From positions 16,271 through 80,270 of the forward strand of contig CANRCT010000003.1 of the NCBI GenBank assembly GCA_947629175.1: a stretch of DNA of 64,000 nt, written 5' to 3'. A program made the position numbers and the translations under genes. The notes under the pieces are model-generated. The model was not told where the DNA came from. It saw only the letters and a list, made by a program, of their open reading frames with translations, and ran no database searches. Positions 1 through 9,454 of the stretch are shown here, one piece after another (the stretch's first letter is position 1; every line of letters starts with the position of its first letter). The DNA comes from an uncultured Muribaculaceae bacterium (GTDB taxonomy: Bacteria > Bacteroidota > Bacteroidia > Bacteroidales > Muribaculaceae).

Positions 1-2
1 TC

Positions 3-1376
3 GCTGCCGAAAACAATCCCGACAAGGCGGCTGCATGGCACAGACGTGCCGCCGGGATCCGCGATGAAGCCGCGTCGCTGACAGCTCTTGTCGACTCGCT
101 CAAACTGGCCATCGTGAGATACGTCGACGGCGAGGATGCCACTCTCGAAAGGATAGACAACCGGGAGAATCTTGAAGCTTCGTCGGTAGTGATGCTCAAT
201 CCGCTAACACGCAACGGCGAGCGCCTGCGCAACCGTGTCGAGAGATTCAGAGATATGGCCACCGCAGCCGTCAACGACTCAGTGAAGCGTCAGGGCATAG
301 CAATGATGCTCGACACCGATAAAAAACGCACCGAAGGATCGGACGTAGAGCGCAACTGGGAAAACGTCCGTTTCGAAAACCAGCCGGTGGTGGCCGCTGT
401 GGCTCTGCTGACAAAACTGCAGAACGACATACTCTACGCCGAGGGCGAGGCCATATCGTCGCTCCTGTCGGCAGTCGACGCCGGCGATGTCCGCGTCAAC
501 TCACTGAAAGCATTCGTCATCCCGGAGTCGCGCTACGTGATGCGGGGCAGCCGGTATGCCGCCGACGTGGTGCTCGCGGCAGTCGACACCACAGCCCGCC
601 CCGTCATGGTGATCGGAGGGAAACGCTTCGAACCCGGCATGGCACGATATGAATTCTCACCGTCGGCCAGCGGCGATTTCAAGCTGACGGGTACACTTGA
701 AGTGCCTCTCGGCGACGGCACCGTGGCATCTCACCCCTTCGAATCAGGTTATACCGTAATCGAACCGACAGCTGCCGTATCGGCTACGATGATGAACGTG
801 CTATATGCCGGCATCGACAATCCTATTGATATCGCGGTGCCAGGCACAGCTACGGATCATGTTTCAGCCACTATGACCGGCGGACAGCTCACGCGCAGCG
901 GAGCTCACTGGATAGCCCGGCCCGACGCGAAAGCATCCGAGGCCGTCATAAAAGTCAGTGTGAACGGTGCACAGGGCGGCTCGCAGCCTGTCGCCACGCA
1001 TACGTTCAAAGTCCGTCAGCTTCCCGATCCGTCGGCATATATTGCCATCAAGACAGCCGACGGACGTCCGGAACGATATCGCGGAGGGCGTCCGATAGCG
1101 AAAGCTTCGCTTCTCGCATCGCAGGGACTTGGAGCTGCGATCGACGACGGTGTACTCGACATCGACTTCATAGTGCAGTCGTTCGAGACCGTTTTTTTCG
1201 ACTCAATGGGCAACGCCATGCTTGAGAAATCCGATGGCGCCGACTTCTCACGCCGTCAGCTCGAAAGCTTTCGCCGTCTGTCGCGCGGAAAACGGTTCTT
1301 CATATCACGCATAAAAGCCACCGGCCCCGACGGCTCCGAGCGCACCCTCAGCCCCGTGGAAGTAATTGTCAACTGA
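3..1376 (+). CDS. gldM: Type IX secretion/gliding motility protein GldM/PorM, 5'-truncated by the window edge
   Basis: Frame is open from base 3 with no stop before the listed 114 start. Contains SAVDAGDVRVN, AVSATMMNVLYAGIDNPIDIAVPG and F(K/R)VRQLPDP segments typical of GldM; followed by gldN. Confidence 0.9.
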   Translation, partial: AAENNPDKAAAWHRRAAGIRDEAASLTALVDSLKLAIVRYVDGEDATLERIDNRENLEASSVVMLNPLTRNGERLRNRVERFRDMATAAVNDSVKRQGIAMMLDTDKKRTEGSDVERNWENVRFENQPVVAAVALLTKLQNDILYAEGEAISSLLSAVDAGDVRVNSLKAFVIPESRYVMRGSRYAADVVLAAVDTTARPVMVIGGKRFEPGMARYEFSPSASGDFKLTGTLEVPLGDGTVASHPFESGYTVIEPTAAVSATMMNVLYAGIDNPIDIAVPGTATDHVSATMTGGQLTRSGAHWIARPDAKASEAVIKVSVNGAQGGSQPVATHTFKVRQLPDPSAYIAIKTADGRPERYRGGRPIAKASLLASQGLGAAIDDGVLDIDFIVQSFETVFFDSMGNAMLEKSDGADFSRRQLESFRRLSRGKRFFISRIKATGPDGSERTLSPVEVIVN

Positions 1377-1395
1377 ATTTATTCCGTATCAGTAT

Positions 1396-2469
1396 ATGAA
1401 ACGAATATTGATAGCAATAATCCTGATGGCAGCCGCAATGCCTGCCGTAATAGCCCAGAAGAGCGTCAGCAGCGGCATAAGCCGACGAAGCGCGACGACA
1501 GACACCCGTCGCGGACCGAAAGATTCAAGAGCCACCCAGGCCACAGGCACCACCGAGGCCAGAATGACCGATCCGGCATGGATGAAGGTGGTATACCGGT
1601 CGCTTGACCTCAACGATGCGGCCAACGCTGTGCTCTACTATCCTGAAGAGGCAGCCGACGGACAGGACAACCTGTTCAGACTGATGCTCCGGCATATAGC
1701 CACAAACAGCCTCCCGGCCTACGAATATCTCGACGGACGGGAAAATTTCACCGATGCCAACCGCCTCAACGTAAAAGATATGCTGGAACGCTTCCAGATC
1801 ACATATGCCGAAGCTAAAGGCTCATCCGAAAAACGTCCTCTGTTCGATATAGCCGATGTCGACATGCCTTCCACTGAGATATTGAGCTATTTCATAATCG
1901 AGAGCAACGAGTTTGACCGACGCGACTCGCGCATGCGGCGCCGCATCGAGGCCATATGCCCGGTGCTTCACCGCACGGAAGAGTTCGGTCAGGATGCCGT
2001 CAGATATCCGATGTTCTGGGTAAGATATGACGATCTCAAGCCCCTGCTGGCGCTTACTACAGTATTTCTGAGCGATGACAACCATGTGGCATCCTCCACC
2101 CTCGAAGACTTCTTCAACCTCAATCTCTACAACGGCGAGATCTTCAAGACCCGCAATCTGCGCAACCGCTCAATGTCGCAGCTTTATCCCGACCCCGATG
2201 ATCTCAAGCATGCACGCGACAGCATCGACCGCCGCATCGACGCCTTTGCCGACGCCCTGTGGGTGCCGTCGCCCGAAGAGATTGAGCGTCAGAAAGAGCT
2301 GAAGGAGGCATCTGACACTGCCGCGGTCGCCTCCGATGACAAAAAATCACGCCGGCTGAACGCTGCACGCAATTCGACAAAAAAAGCCGACAAGAAGGTA
2401 AAGAAAGAGTCGCGCAGCCGGCGTTCGACTCCGGCCGCGACCCGCAGCGTGCGCAACAGGCGCAAATAA
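1396..2469 (+). CDS. gldN: GldN/PorN periplasmic T9SS component
   Basis: Signal peptide from ATG 1396. WMKVVYRSLDL, LPAYEYLDG, AICPVLHR and YPMFWVRY motifs; basic C-terminal tail; directly downstream of gldM. Confidence 0.88.
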   Translation: MKRILIAIILMAAAMPAVIAQKSVSSGISRRSATTDTRRGPKDSRATQATGTTEARMTDPAWMKVVYRSLDLNDAANAVLYYPEEAADGQDNLFRLMLRHIATNSLPAYEYLDGRENFTDANRLNVKDMLERFQITYAEAKGSSEKRPLFDIADVDMPSTEILSYFIIESNEFDRRDSRMRRRIEAICPVLHRTEEFGQDAVRYPMFWVRYDDLKPLLALTTVFLSDDNHVASSTLEDFFNLNLYNGEIFKTRNLRNRSMSQLYPDPDDLKHARDSIDRRIDAFADALWVPSPEEIERQKELKEASDTAAVASDDKKSRRLNAARNSTKKADKKVKKESRSRRSTPAATRSVRNRRK

Positions 2470-2525
2470 TATTGTCTTACCTTCTCTGGAAAAGTATCAC
2501 ATTACCGACGTTCCGGCTGACGCGC

Positions 2526-3845
2526 TCAGTCGGGACGTCGTTCTATATGTGCTCCGAGAGCGTTGAGACGGACGTCGATATCCTCGTAACCGCGGTCAAT
2601 CTGCGAGATATTGCCGATCTCACTCGTGCCCTTTGCCGACATGGCCGCAAGCAGCAATGCTATGCCGGCGCGTATGTCGGGCGAAAGCATGCGGTTGGCC
2701 TTCAATGTGTTTTTATGGTCAAGTCCGATGACCACAGCACGGTGAGGATCGCAGAGCATTATCTGCGCGCCCATGTCGATCAGCCTGTCGACGAAGAAAA
2801 GACGGCTCTCGAACATCTTCTGATGTATCAGCACCGATCCGCGGCACTGCGTCGCAACGACAAGCATCACCGACAGCAGGTCGGGGGTCAAGCCGGGCCA
2901 CGGAGCGTCGGCTATATTCAGTATCGAACCGTCGAGGGCGGTCTCTATCTCATAGACATCCTGAGCCGGCACGTAGATGTCGTCGCCGCGGCGTTCGAGA
3001 GCTATTCCGAGCCGCTTGAAGCTGTCGGGGATGATTCCGAGATTGTCGTACGACACGTTCTTCACCGTGATCTCGCTCGAATTGAGGGCGGCCATGCCGA
3101 TGAAGCTGCCTACCTCGATCATATCGGGGAGTATGCGGTGGCTGGCGCCATGCAGCAGGTCGGTGCCATGTATGGTCAGCAGATTCGATGCCAGGCCCTC
3201 TATTTTCACCCCCATAGCCGAGAGCATGCGGCAAAGCTGCTGCACATAAGGCTCACACGCGGCATTATAGATCGTAGTCACGCCATGGGCAAGAGTTGCT
3301 GCCATAATGATGTTGGCAGTGCCTGTGACAGAAGCCTCGTCGAGGAGCATGTACGTGCCCTTAAGACCTTCTTCGGGAGCAGTAAGCTTATAAGCGCGCT
3401 TGGTCTCGTCATATTCGAGTGAAGCCCCGAGATTCATCATGCCCATGATATGAGTGTCGACTTTCCGGCGCCCTATCTTGTCGCCACCCGGCTTGGCGAA
3501 AAACGCCTCTCCGAAACGGCCCAGAAGGGGGCCGACCACAAGGACAGAGCCGCGCAGCGACGCACACCGGCGGACAAAATCTTCCGACGTGATGTAGTCG
3601 GTGTCTATGTCATCGGCCTTGAACACATAGTCCCCTTTCCCCTTTCGCTCAACCTTAACGCCCATGCATTCAAGCAGACCGATAAGATTGCGTACGTCAA
3701 GTATTTCGGGAATATTGGTGACATGTACTTCCTCAGAGGTAAGAAGACAGGCGCTTATTATCTGCAGTGACTCGTTTTTAGCTCCCTGTGGTTCGATCTC
3801 GCCGGCGAGCCGGTGACCGCCCTCTATTATGAATGTGCTCATCAA
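2526..3845 (-). CDS. murA: UDP-N-acetylglucosamine 1-carboxyvinyltransferase
   Basis: GAKNESL, LRGSVLVVGPLLGRFG, PGGDKIGRRKVDTH (Asp in place of the catalytic Cys), HQKMFESR, SPDIRAG and IDRGYE motifs. Confidence 0.97.
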   Translation of the reverse strand: MMSTFIIEGGHRLAGEIEPQGAKNESLQIISACLLTSEEVHVTNIPEILDVRNLIGLLECMGVKVERKGKGDYVFKADDIDTDYITSEDFVRRCASLRGSVLVVGPLLGRFGEAFFAKPGGDKIGRRKVDTHIMGMMNLGASLEYDETKRAYKLTAPEEGLKGTYMLLDEASVTGTANIIMAATLAHGVTTIYNAACEPYVQQLCRMLSAMGVKIEGLASNLLTIHGTDLLHGASHRILPDMIEVGSFIGMAALNSSEITVKNVSYDNLGIIPDSFKRLGIALERRGDDIYVPAQDVYEIETALDGSILNIADAPWPGLTPDLLSVMLVVATQCRGSVLIHQKMFESRLFFVDRLIDMGAQIMLCDPHRAVVIGLDHKNTLKANRMLSPDIRAGIALLLAAMSAKGTSEIGNISQIDRGYEDIDVRLNALGAHIERRPD

Positions 3846-3860
3846 TGGTTGGTTTTAGGG

Positions 3861-4877
3861 TTATATTACATGTTCTACTTCGGGATGAAGCTTTATGCCG
3901 AAGCGTTGTTCGACAGCGTCGGTGATGTCGCGCTGCATCTCCATGATCTCATCGGGCGCCGCGCGGCCGGTGAGATTTACGATAATAAGCGGCTGACGTG
4001 ACCATACTGCGACATTGCCACGCTCCATGCCTTTGAAGCCGCACTGCTCAATAAGCCATGCAGCCGGAATCTTGACTGATCCGTTGGCAAGATCATAGTG
4101 GGGAGGCACTGCTCCGAAGCCCTCAGCGATCGCCTCGAATTTCGTCCGTTCCACCACGGGATTCTTGAAAAAGCTTCCGGCACTGCCGAATTCACCCACA
4201 GCGGGAAGTTTTGCCTCGCGGATTGAGATGACAGCCTGCCGCACATTCATCGGCGTAAGCGGCGTATCGCCCAGCGATGCGCGGAGATTGCCGTAGTCGA
4301 GCCTCGGACCGATCCCTTTGGCCAGGCGGAAACGCACTGAAATGACAATATATCTGCCGGAGGCCTGCGGAGTCTTGAACATCGACATCCTGTAGCCATA
4401 GCAGCAGTCGGCGGCTGTAAAAGACACCTCACATCTGTCGACTGTATCATAGCATCTAACTTCATCGACAATATCGGCGACTTCCACACCGTAAGCGCCT
4501 ATGTTCTGCACAGCGGCCGCCCCGGTCTGTCCCGGAATGGCCGACAGATTCTCCATGCCCCAGATGCCAGACCGACAGGCATGCTCAACCACATCGTCGA
4601 AAATCAGACCTGATCCTGCAGTCAGCAGGAAATCTCCGTTATCGTCGACTCCGGCCTCCATATCCAGAATACGCGAATGCAGCAACGCGCCCGGATAATT
4701 TCCCTCAAAGAGCAGATTGCTCCCCTCCCCTATCGCCTTGAACGGAGAAGAGCCGATGCGCCGGAATATCTCCGGCAGATCGCCGGAGGATGTGTATTCT
4801 ATCCATCTCGCACACTTCACACGCATTCCGAATGTGTTGTGGTGCGTAAGATCAAAATCTTCCAATTCAGTTATCAT
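3861..4877 (-). CDS. murB: UDP-N-acetylmuramate dehydrogenase
   Basis: IGEGSNLLF, ENLSAIPG, AVQNIGAYGVE, GSAGSFFKNP and KLHPEV motifs. Confidence 0.97.
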   Translation of the reverse strand: MITELEDFDLTHHNTFGMRVKCARWIEYTSSGDLPEIFRRIGSSPFKAIGEGSNLLFEGNYPGALLHSRILDMEAGVDDNGDFLLTAGSGLIFDDVVEHACRSGIWGMENLSAIPGQTGAAAVQNIGAYGVEVADIVDEVRCYDTVDRCEVSFTAADCCYGYRMSMFKTPQASGRYIVISVRFRLAKGIGPRLDYGNLRASLGDTPLTPMNVRQAVISIREAKLPAVGEFGSAGSFFKNPVVERTKFEAIAEGFGAVPPHYDLANGSVKIPAAWLIEQCGFKGMERGNVAVWSRQPLIIVNLTGRAAPDEIMEMQRDITDAVEQRFGIKLHPEVEHVI

Positions 4878-4988
4878 ATTGCAAAAATAGCCAATTTTGC
4901 CATCACAGCCAAATATCCCATTCTGTTAATATCTTTTAACCTCATTCTTCCTCCAATCATCGGATCAGCGTCATATATTTGCATAATC

Positions 4989-5990
4989 ATGGATAGTCGC
5001 AAGAATACATTAACACTCAACGATATCTCGCTGGGATACCGTTCAAGAGGGTCGGCCATTACAGTGGCTGAAGGCATTAATGCTTCCCTGCGCAGCGGGG
5101 AGCTGACATGTCTGCTTGGACCGAACGGCGCCGGAAAATCCACGCTGCTCAGGACAATAGCGGGATTTATCAGACCGCTCTCGGGCTATGTGGAGATAGA
5201 GAGCCGTAAACTCGAAGATTATTCACGCGAGGATATGTCACGACTGGTAAGCGTTGTACTGACCGATCGTTTCAACCTTCCCGATATGTCTGTACGACAG
5301 CTCATATCGCTCGGCCGGAGTCCGTATACCGGCTTCTGGGGCACACTTTCCAAGGATGATGCCCGGGATATCGACGAGGTAATGGCCCTCACCGCAACGA
5401 CCGGGCTCAGCCAAAGGCTTGTCGATACCCTGTCCGACGGCGAACGCCAGAAAGTGATGATCGCAAAGGCTCTCGCCCAGCACACTCCCATAATACTGCT
5501 TGACGAGCCCACAGCTTTTCTCGACTTTCCGAGCAAGGTGGAAACAATGAGCATGCTTCGACGTCTGAGCGCCGAACAAGGCAAAACGGTACTTCTAACG
5601 ACCCATGACATCGAGATCGCCCTGCAACTTGCCGACCGGATATGGATGCTCGACCGCAGCAATGGATTCATCGACGGCATACCGGAGGATATCATGATCT
5701 CCGGACAGTTATCCGATTTTTTCTGCAACAATACCATAACATTCGACACCAATACAGCCTCTTTTCATATTGAACTTCCTGAGTCCGGAGAAGAAATCTC
5801 TATTGCCGGCTCCGGTGTCATTCATAAACTGGCCGCAAGAGCACTACGGCGCTCGGGATACAGACCTGTCGAGGCGGCCTCGCATCAGACAGCCGACATA
5901 ATAGCAGAAAATGGCTGCATTTCCTTCCATGGGCGCCCGATGACGACGATAGCTGCGATGCTCAAGGCATTGTCGGACGCTGCCGACTGA
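4989..5990 (+). CDS. ABC transporter ATP-binding protein, FepC/BtuD (iron-chelate/cobalamin) type, with C-terminal extension
   Basis: Walker A GPNGAGKS, signature LSDGERQK, Walker B ILLDEPT, H-loop TTHD. ATG 4989 lies just after TATATTTG; the listed 4677 start overlaps murB and is unlikely. Confidence 0.9.
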   Translation: MDSRKNTLTLNDISLGYRSRGSAITVAEGINASLRSGELTCLLGPNGAGKSTLLRTIAGFIRPLSGYVEIESRKLEDYSREDMSRLVSVVLTDRFNLPDMSVRQLISLGRSPYTGFWGTLSKDDARDIDEVMALTATTGLSQRLVDTLSDGERQKVMIAKALAQHTPIILLDEPTAFLDFPSKVETMSMLRRLSAEQGKTVLLTTHDIEIALQLADRIWMLDRSNGFIDGIPEDIMISGQLSDFFCNNTITFDTNTASFHIELPESGEEISIAGSGVIHKLAARALRRSGYRPVEAASHQTADIIAENGCISFHGRPMTTIAAMLKALSDAAD

Positions 5991-6017
5991 TTTCAGAGAA
6001 TACTTGCCCAAAAAGAC

Positions 6018-6058
6018 GGGCGGCGTAAAGTCTCCGGCAAGAGAACATTACGCCGCCC
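6018..6058. terminator. Probable bidirectional terminator hairpin between the convergent ABC ATPase and spt
   Basis: 11-bp inverted repeat GGGCGGCGTAA/TTACGCCGCCC with a 19-nt loop between two convergent stop codons. Confidence 0.6.
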
Positions 6059-6085
6059 TTACTGCGTCAAAAAATGTTTACGACT

Positions 6086-7273
6086 TTACTTTATGATGCC
6101 GTGAGCGCGGAACACCCTCTGAATCTTTTCGAGCGCCGTGGTGACCTGTTCCTTTGAGTGGGTAGCCATCAGGCTGAATCGGATAAGAGTATCGTGGGGG
6201 GCAACTGCCGGCGACACGACAGGATTGACGAATATGCCCTCTTCGAGAAGATCGCGCGTGATAGCGAACGTCTTGAAGTTGTCGCGGACGAAGAGCGGTA
6301 TGATCGGCGTCGACGTATTGCCGATCTCGCAGCCCATATTCCGGAATCCGTCAAGAGCATAATTGGTGAGTTTCCAGAGATTCTCCTGACGCTCCGGCTC
6401 GTTCTGCATGATCTCCATGGCCTTGAGAGCAGCAGCCGTCGACGCGGGCGTGATGCTCGCAGTGAAGATATATGAGCGTGAGTGATGACGGAGGAAATTG
6501 GTGATCTCCTTGTCGGTGGCGATAAAACCGCCGAGCGAAGCAAACGACTTTGAGAATGTACCCATGATGAGATCAACATCGCCGGCCACTCCGTAATGAT
6601 GGCATACACCTCGACCGCCGGGACCGAACACACCGATACCGTGGGCCTCGTCGACCATCACGCTGGCGTCATACTTTTTCGCAAGCTCTACGATCGTCTT
6701 CACATCGGCCACATCGCCCTCCATAGAGAACACACTGTCGGTGACAATGAGCTTTACCTTGTCGGGCTCACATTTCTGGAGCTGCTTCTCAAGCGACGCC
6801 ATATCGTTGTGCTTGTATTTCAGGGACTGGCTGAACGAGAGGCGGCGTCCCTCGATGATGGAAGCATGATCCTGCTCGTCCCAGAGAATATAGTCCTCGC
6901 GGCCGGTAAGTGCCGACACCACTCCGAGATTGACTCCGAAACCGGTAGAATATATCATTACATCCTCCTTGCCTATGAACTCGGCTATCTTGTGCTCAAG
7001 TTCCTTGTGGAGATCAAGCGTGCCGTTGAGGAACGGCGAGCCGGCGCAGCCTGTGCCATACTTGCGTGTTGCCTCTATCGCAGCTTCCTTGATACGGGGA
7101 TCGTTTACCAGACCGGTATAGCAATTGGAGCCGAACATCAGCACCTTGCGCCCGTCGATAGTGACTTCAGGATCTTGCTCGCTCGAAATAGCTCTGAAAT
7201 AAGGATATACCCCTGCAGCCTTAGCCTTCTGGGGCTCAGTGTATTGGGCAAGCTTGGATTGTAACAATTTCAT
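6086..7273 (-). CDS. spt: Serine palmitoyltransferase (AOS/BioF-family PLP enzyme), sphingolipid synthesis
   Basis: MKLLQSKLAQY...GVYPYFR N-terminus, VDEAHG, PLP-lysine motif GTFSKS, GIFVNPVV and LIRFSLMATH closely match Bacteroides SPT as recalled; ATG 7273. Confidence 0.85.
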   Translation of the reverse strand: MKLLQSKLAQYTEPQKAKAAGVYPYFRAISSEQDPEVTIDGRKVLMFGSNCYTGLVNDPRIKEAAIEATRKYGTGCAGSPFLNGTLDLHKELEHKIAEFIGKEDVMIYSTGFGVNLGVVSALTGREDYILWDEQDHASIIEGRRLSFSQSLKYKHNDMASLEKQLQKCEPDKVKLIVTDSVFSMEGDVADVKTIVELAKKYDASVMVDEAHGIGVFGPGGRGVCHHYGVAGDVDLIMGTFSKSFASLGGFIATDKEITNFLRHHSRSYIFTASITPASTAAALKAMEIMQNEPERQENLWKLTNYALDGFRNMGCEIGNTSTPIIPLFVRDNFKTFAITRDLLEEGIFVNPVVSPAVAPHDTLIRFSLMATHSKEQVTTALEKIQRVFRAHGIIK

Positions 7274-7328
7274 ATTCTCTAACGTTGAGTGACTTCTGTA
7301 AAAAGGCCATTCAGGCACAATCAGGCTG

Positions 7329-7336
7329 CAAAGTTA
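7329..7336 (-). promoter_or_regulatory. -7 promoter element for spt
   Basis: TAACTTTG on the - strand matches the Bacteroidota TAnnTTTG consensus. Confidence 0.6.
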
Positions 7337-7460
7337 CAAAAAATAGACAATACTGTAACACAACGGCCCGATTTTTTTGCACTATTTCTTAATGTCTGTG
7401 CAATATGCAGAACTCGCTGACAAATTCCTGCAATGAATTGGCATCAGGATGAAAAATGAT

Positions 7461-7468
7461 TATCTTTG
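7461..7468 (+). promoter_or_regulatory. -7 promoter element for the RyR-domain gene
   Basis: TATCTTTG matches TAnnTTTG, 66 nt before ATG 7535. Confidence 0.6.
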
Positions 7469-7534
7469 CAACACTCCGGCACCTCTTATTTAAGAGAACC
7501 GTCAAAAACATTTTAACCATCTCTGAACAACCCG

Positions 7535-7819
7535 ATGAACAGATACGAACCGCAACCAGCCGACACTTCGGCCATAGAACTTCCCCCAGCCCTGCAGCCT
7601 CTCATAGAGGATATGGCACGCAATGTGCATGAGGTATGGGCGAAGTCGCGCATCGACCAAGGATGGACCTACGGGCCAGAACGCGACGACCGGCTCAAGA
7701 AGCATCCATGCCTTGTGCCATATGACGAACTTCCTGAATCGGAAAAGGATTACGACAGGGCGACATCGCAGGAGACCATAAGATTCATACTCTCCAGAGG
7801 TTTCAGGATCTGCCGTTAG
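7535..7819 (+). CDS. Stand-alone RyR (ryanodine receptor repeat) domain protein
   Basis: YEPQPADTSAIEL...MARNVHEVWAKSRIDQGWTYGPERDD..KKHPCLVPYDELPESEKDYDR is the RyR-repeat consensus. Confidence 0.9.
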   Translation: MNRYEPQPADTSAIELPPALQPLIEDMARNVHEVWAKSRIDQGWTYGPERDDRLKKHPCLVPYDELPESEKDYDRATSQETIRFILSRGFRICR

Positions 7820-7859
7820 TCTCTTCCCCGGCAGCGGCTGCTTGCAACGGAGAGTCGCA

Positions 7860-8342
7860 TCACCGAGAGTCGAGACTTTGCAATATCTCGGTCAGACGGA
7901 GATAGTCAGGAATACCGGGTAGAAAACGATAGCTGCCGTCGGGACTGTATACACAACAGTAATGGTCCATACCGTTGCTGACCATCAGCGCCCGGGCACG
8001 AAGCACGAAATTATAACGCGCTATCTGGTCGAATACTTTTTGGCTGACGGTTACCGACGGAGCCTTGTACTCAACGACCACAAGCGGGTGCAGCGAGCGA
8101 TCATAGACAACCGTATCACACCGACGCAGTGTACCGTTGAGCCTGAGGCCTACCTCATTGGCCGCAAGACTCGCCGGATATCCGAGAATGCCGGTAAGCC
8201 AGCCGACAAAATGCTGCCTCACCCACTCCTCGGGAGTGAGCGTCACCCATCGGCGCCTCAGGGAGTCGTAGACTTCGGCATGAGAGTCGGCCTGACGGAT
8301 ATCAAGCGGGGCCGGGGGCAGATTTAGCGCAGGGATGTCCAT
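7860..8342 (-). CDS. HsdR N-terminal-domain-only protein (HSDR_N_2), putative PD-(D/E)xK nuclease
   Basis: TPEEWVRQHF, RCDTVVY and VEYKAP motifs; ATG 8342; no motor domain and no hsdM/hsdS nearby. Confidence 0.85.
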   Translation of the reverse strand: MDIPALNLPPAPLDIRQADSHAEVYDSLRRRWVTLTPEEWVRQHFVGWLTGILGYPASLAANEVGLRLNGTLRRCDTVVYDRSLHPLVVVEYKAPSVTVSQKVFDQIARYNFVLRARALMVSNGMDHYCCVYSPDGSYRFLPGIPDYLRLTEILQSLDSR

Positions 8343-8393
8343 CGTTTCGGAAATATTGTGTAAATTTACACAAATATTCTGACAAACCACAAT

Positions 8394-9434
8394 ATGGCGG
8401 CTGCGACATCACCAACTTTCGACCAAATGATCCGCTCGGTACGCGACGGCGCTCCGAGCAACGTATATCTGCTTCACGGCGAGGAAAGCTATTTCATCGA
8501 CGAACTCGTCAGACGTTTCGAAGACTTCCTTCCTGAAAGTGAGAAAGCATTCGATATGACGGTGATCTACGCGCCCGACACCACCCCGGGTGCTATCGCC
8601 GACATCTGCCGCCGTTATCCGGTCGCTGCCCGTAGGCAGGTAGTAATAGTGAAAGAGCTTCAGAGCGTGGATGCCAGATGGAAATCAAAACTCTGCGGTT
8701 ATCTCGAAAAACCGTCGCCCACCACGTTGCTCGTTCTGGCATCGCGTGGAGAGGCCATAAAGCCCGCAGAAGTGGCTAAAGCAGTAAAGAAGGGTGAGGG
8801 AACGGTATTCGAGAGCACACGCCTTAAGCCCGCGTCAGTAGCGCCGACTATAGAGGCGCTCGTTCGCAACGCCGGGCTTCACATCGAGCCAAAAGGGATA
8901 GCGATGCTTACCGACTACATAGGTGTAGACGCGGCAAAACTATATAACGAGATCGGCAAGATGGCCATGATACTCGGCAAGGGCGCCACAATCACACCTG
9001 AAAGCATAGAGCGCAACATCGGAGTCAGCAAGGACTACAACAACTTCGAGCTGATCGACGCCATAGCGGCCAAGGATGCCCGCAAGGCTTTTGCCATAAC
9101 CGACTATTTCGCCAAAAATCCGAAAGCCAATCCGACAGTGATGACCATAGCCGCGCTGTTCGCATTCTTCTCCGACCTGCTGATAGTCTATTTTACAAAG
9201 GACAAATCACCGTCGGGTCTCAAAGCCGCTTTAGGGCTGAAATGGGACGTTCAGCTTCGCAAATACAGCGTAGCGATGCCCAACTACAATGCATTCAAAG
9301 CCATTGAGATTATTTCAGCGATAAGGAAAGCCGACGTACAGTCAAAAGGGGTCGGATCACGTCAAAACTCCGCCGACCTGCTGCACGATCTGGTATTCAG
9401 GATCCTGACCTGCCCGGGCGACATATCATTCTGA
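8394..9434 (+). CDS. holA: DNA polymerase III delta subunit
   Basis: VYLLHGEESYFID, RQVVIVKELQ and IERNIGVSKDYNNFELIDAI typical of Bacteroidota HolA. Confidence 0.93.
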   Translation: MAAATSPTFDQMIRSVRDGAPSNVYLLHGEESYFIDELVRRFEDFLPESEKAFDMTVIYAPDTTPGAIADICRRYPVAARRQVVIVKELQSVDARWKSKLCGYLEKPSPTTLLVLASRGEAIKPAEVAKAVKKGEGTVFESTRLKPASVAPTIEALVRNAGLHIEPKGIAMLTDYIGVDAAKLYNEIGKMAMILGKGATITPESIERNIGVSKDYNNFELIDAIAAKDARKAFAITDYFAKNPKANPTVMTIAALFAFFSDLLIVYFTKDKSPSGLKAALGLKWDVQLRKYSVAMPNYNAFKAIEIISAIRKADVQSKGVGSRQNSADLLHDLVFRILTCPGDISF

Positions 9435-9454
9435 AACAGCCGTCAGCCAGACGG

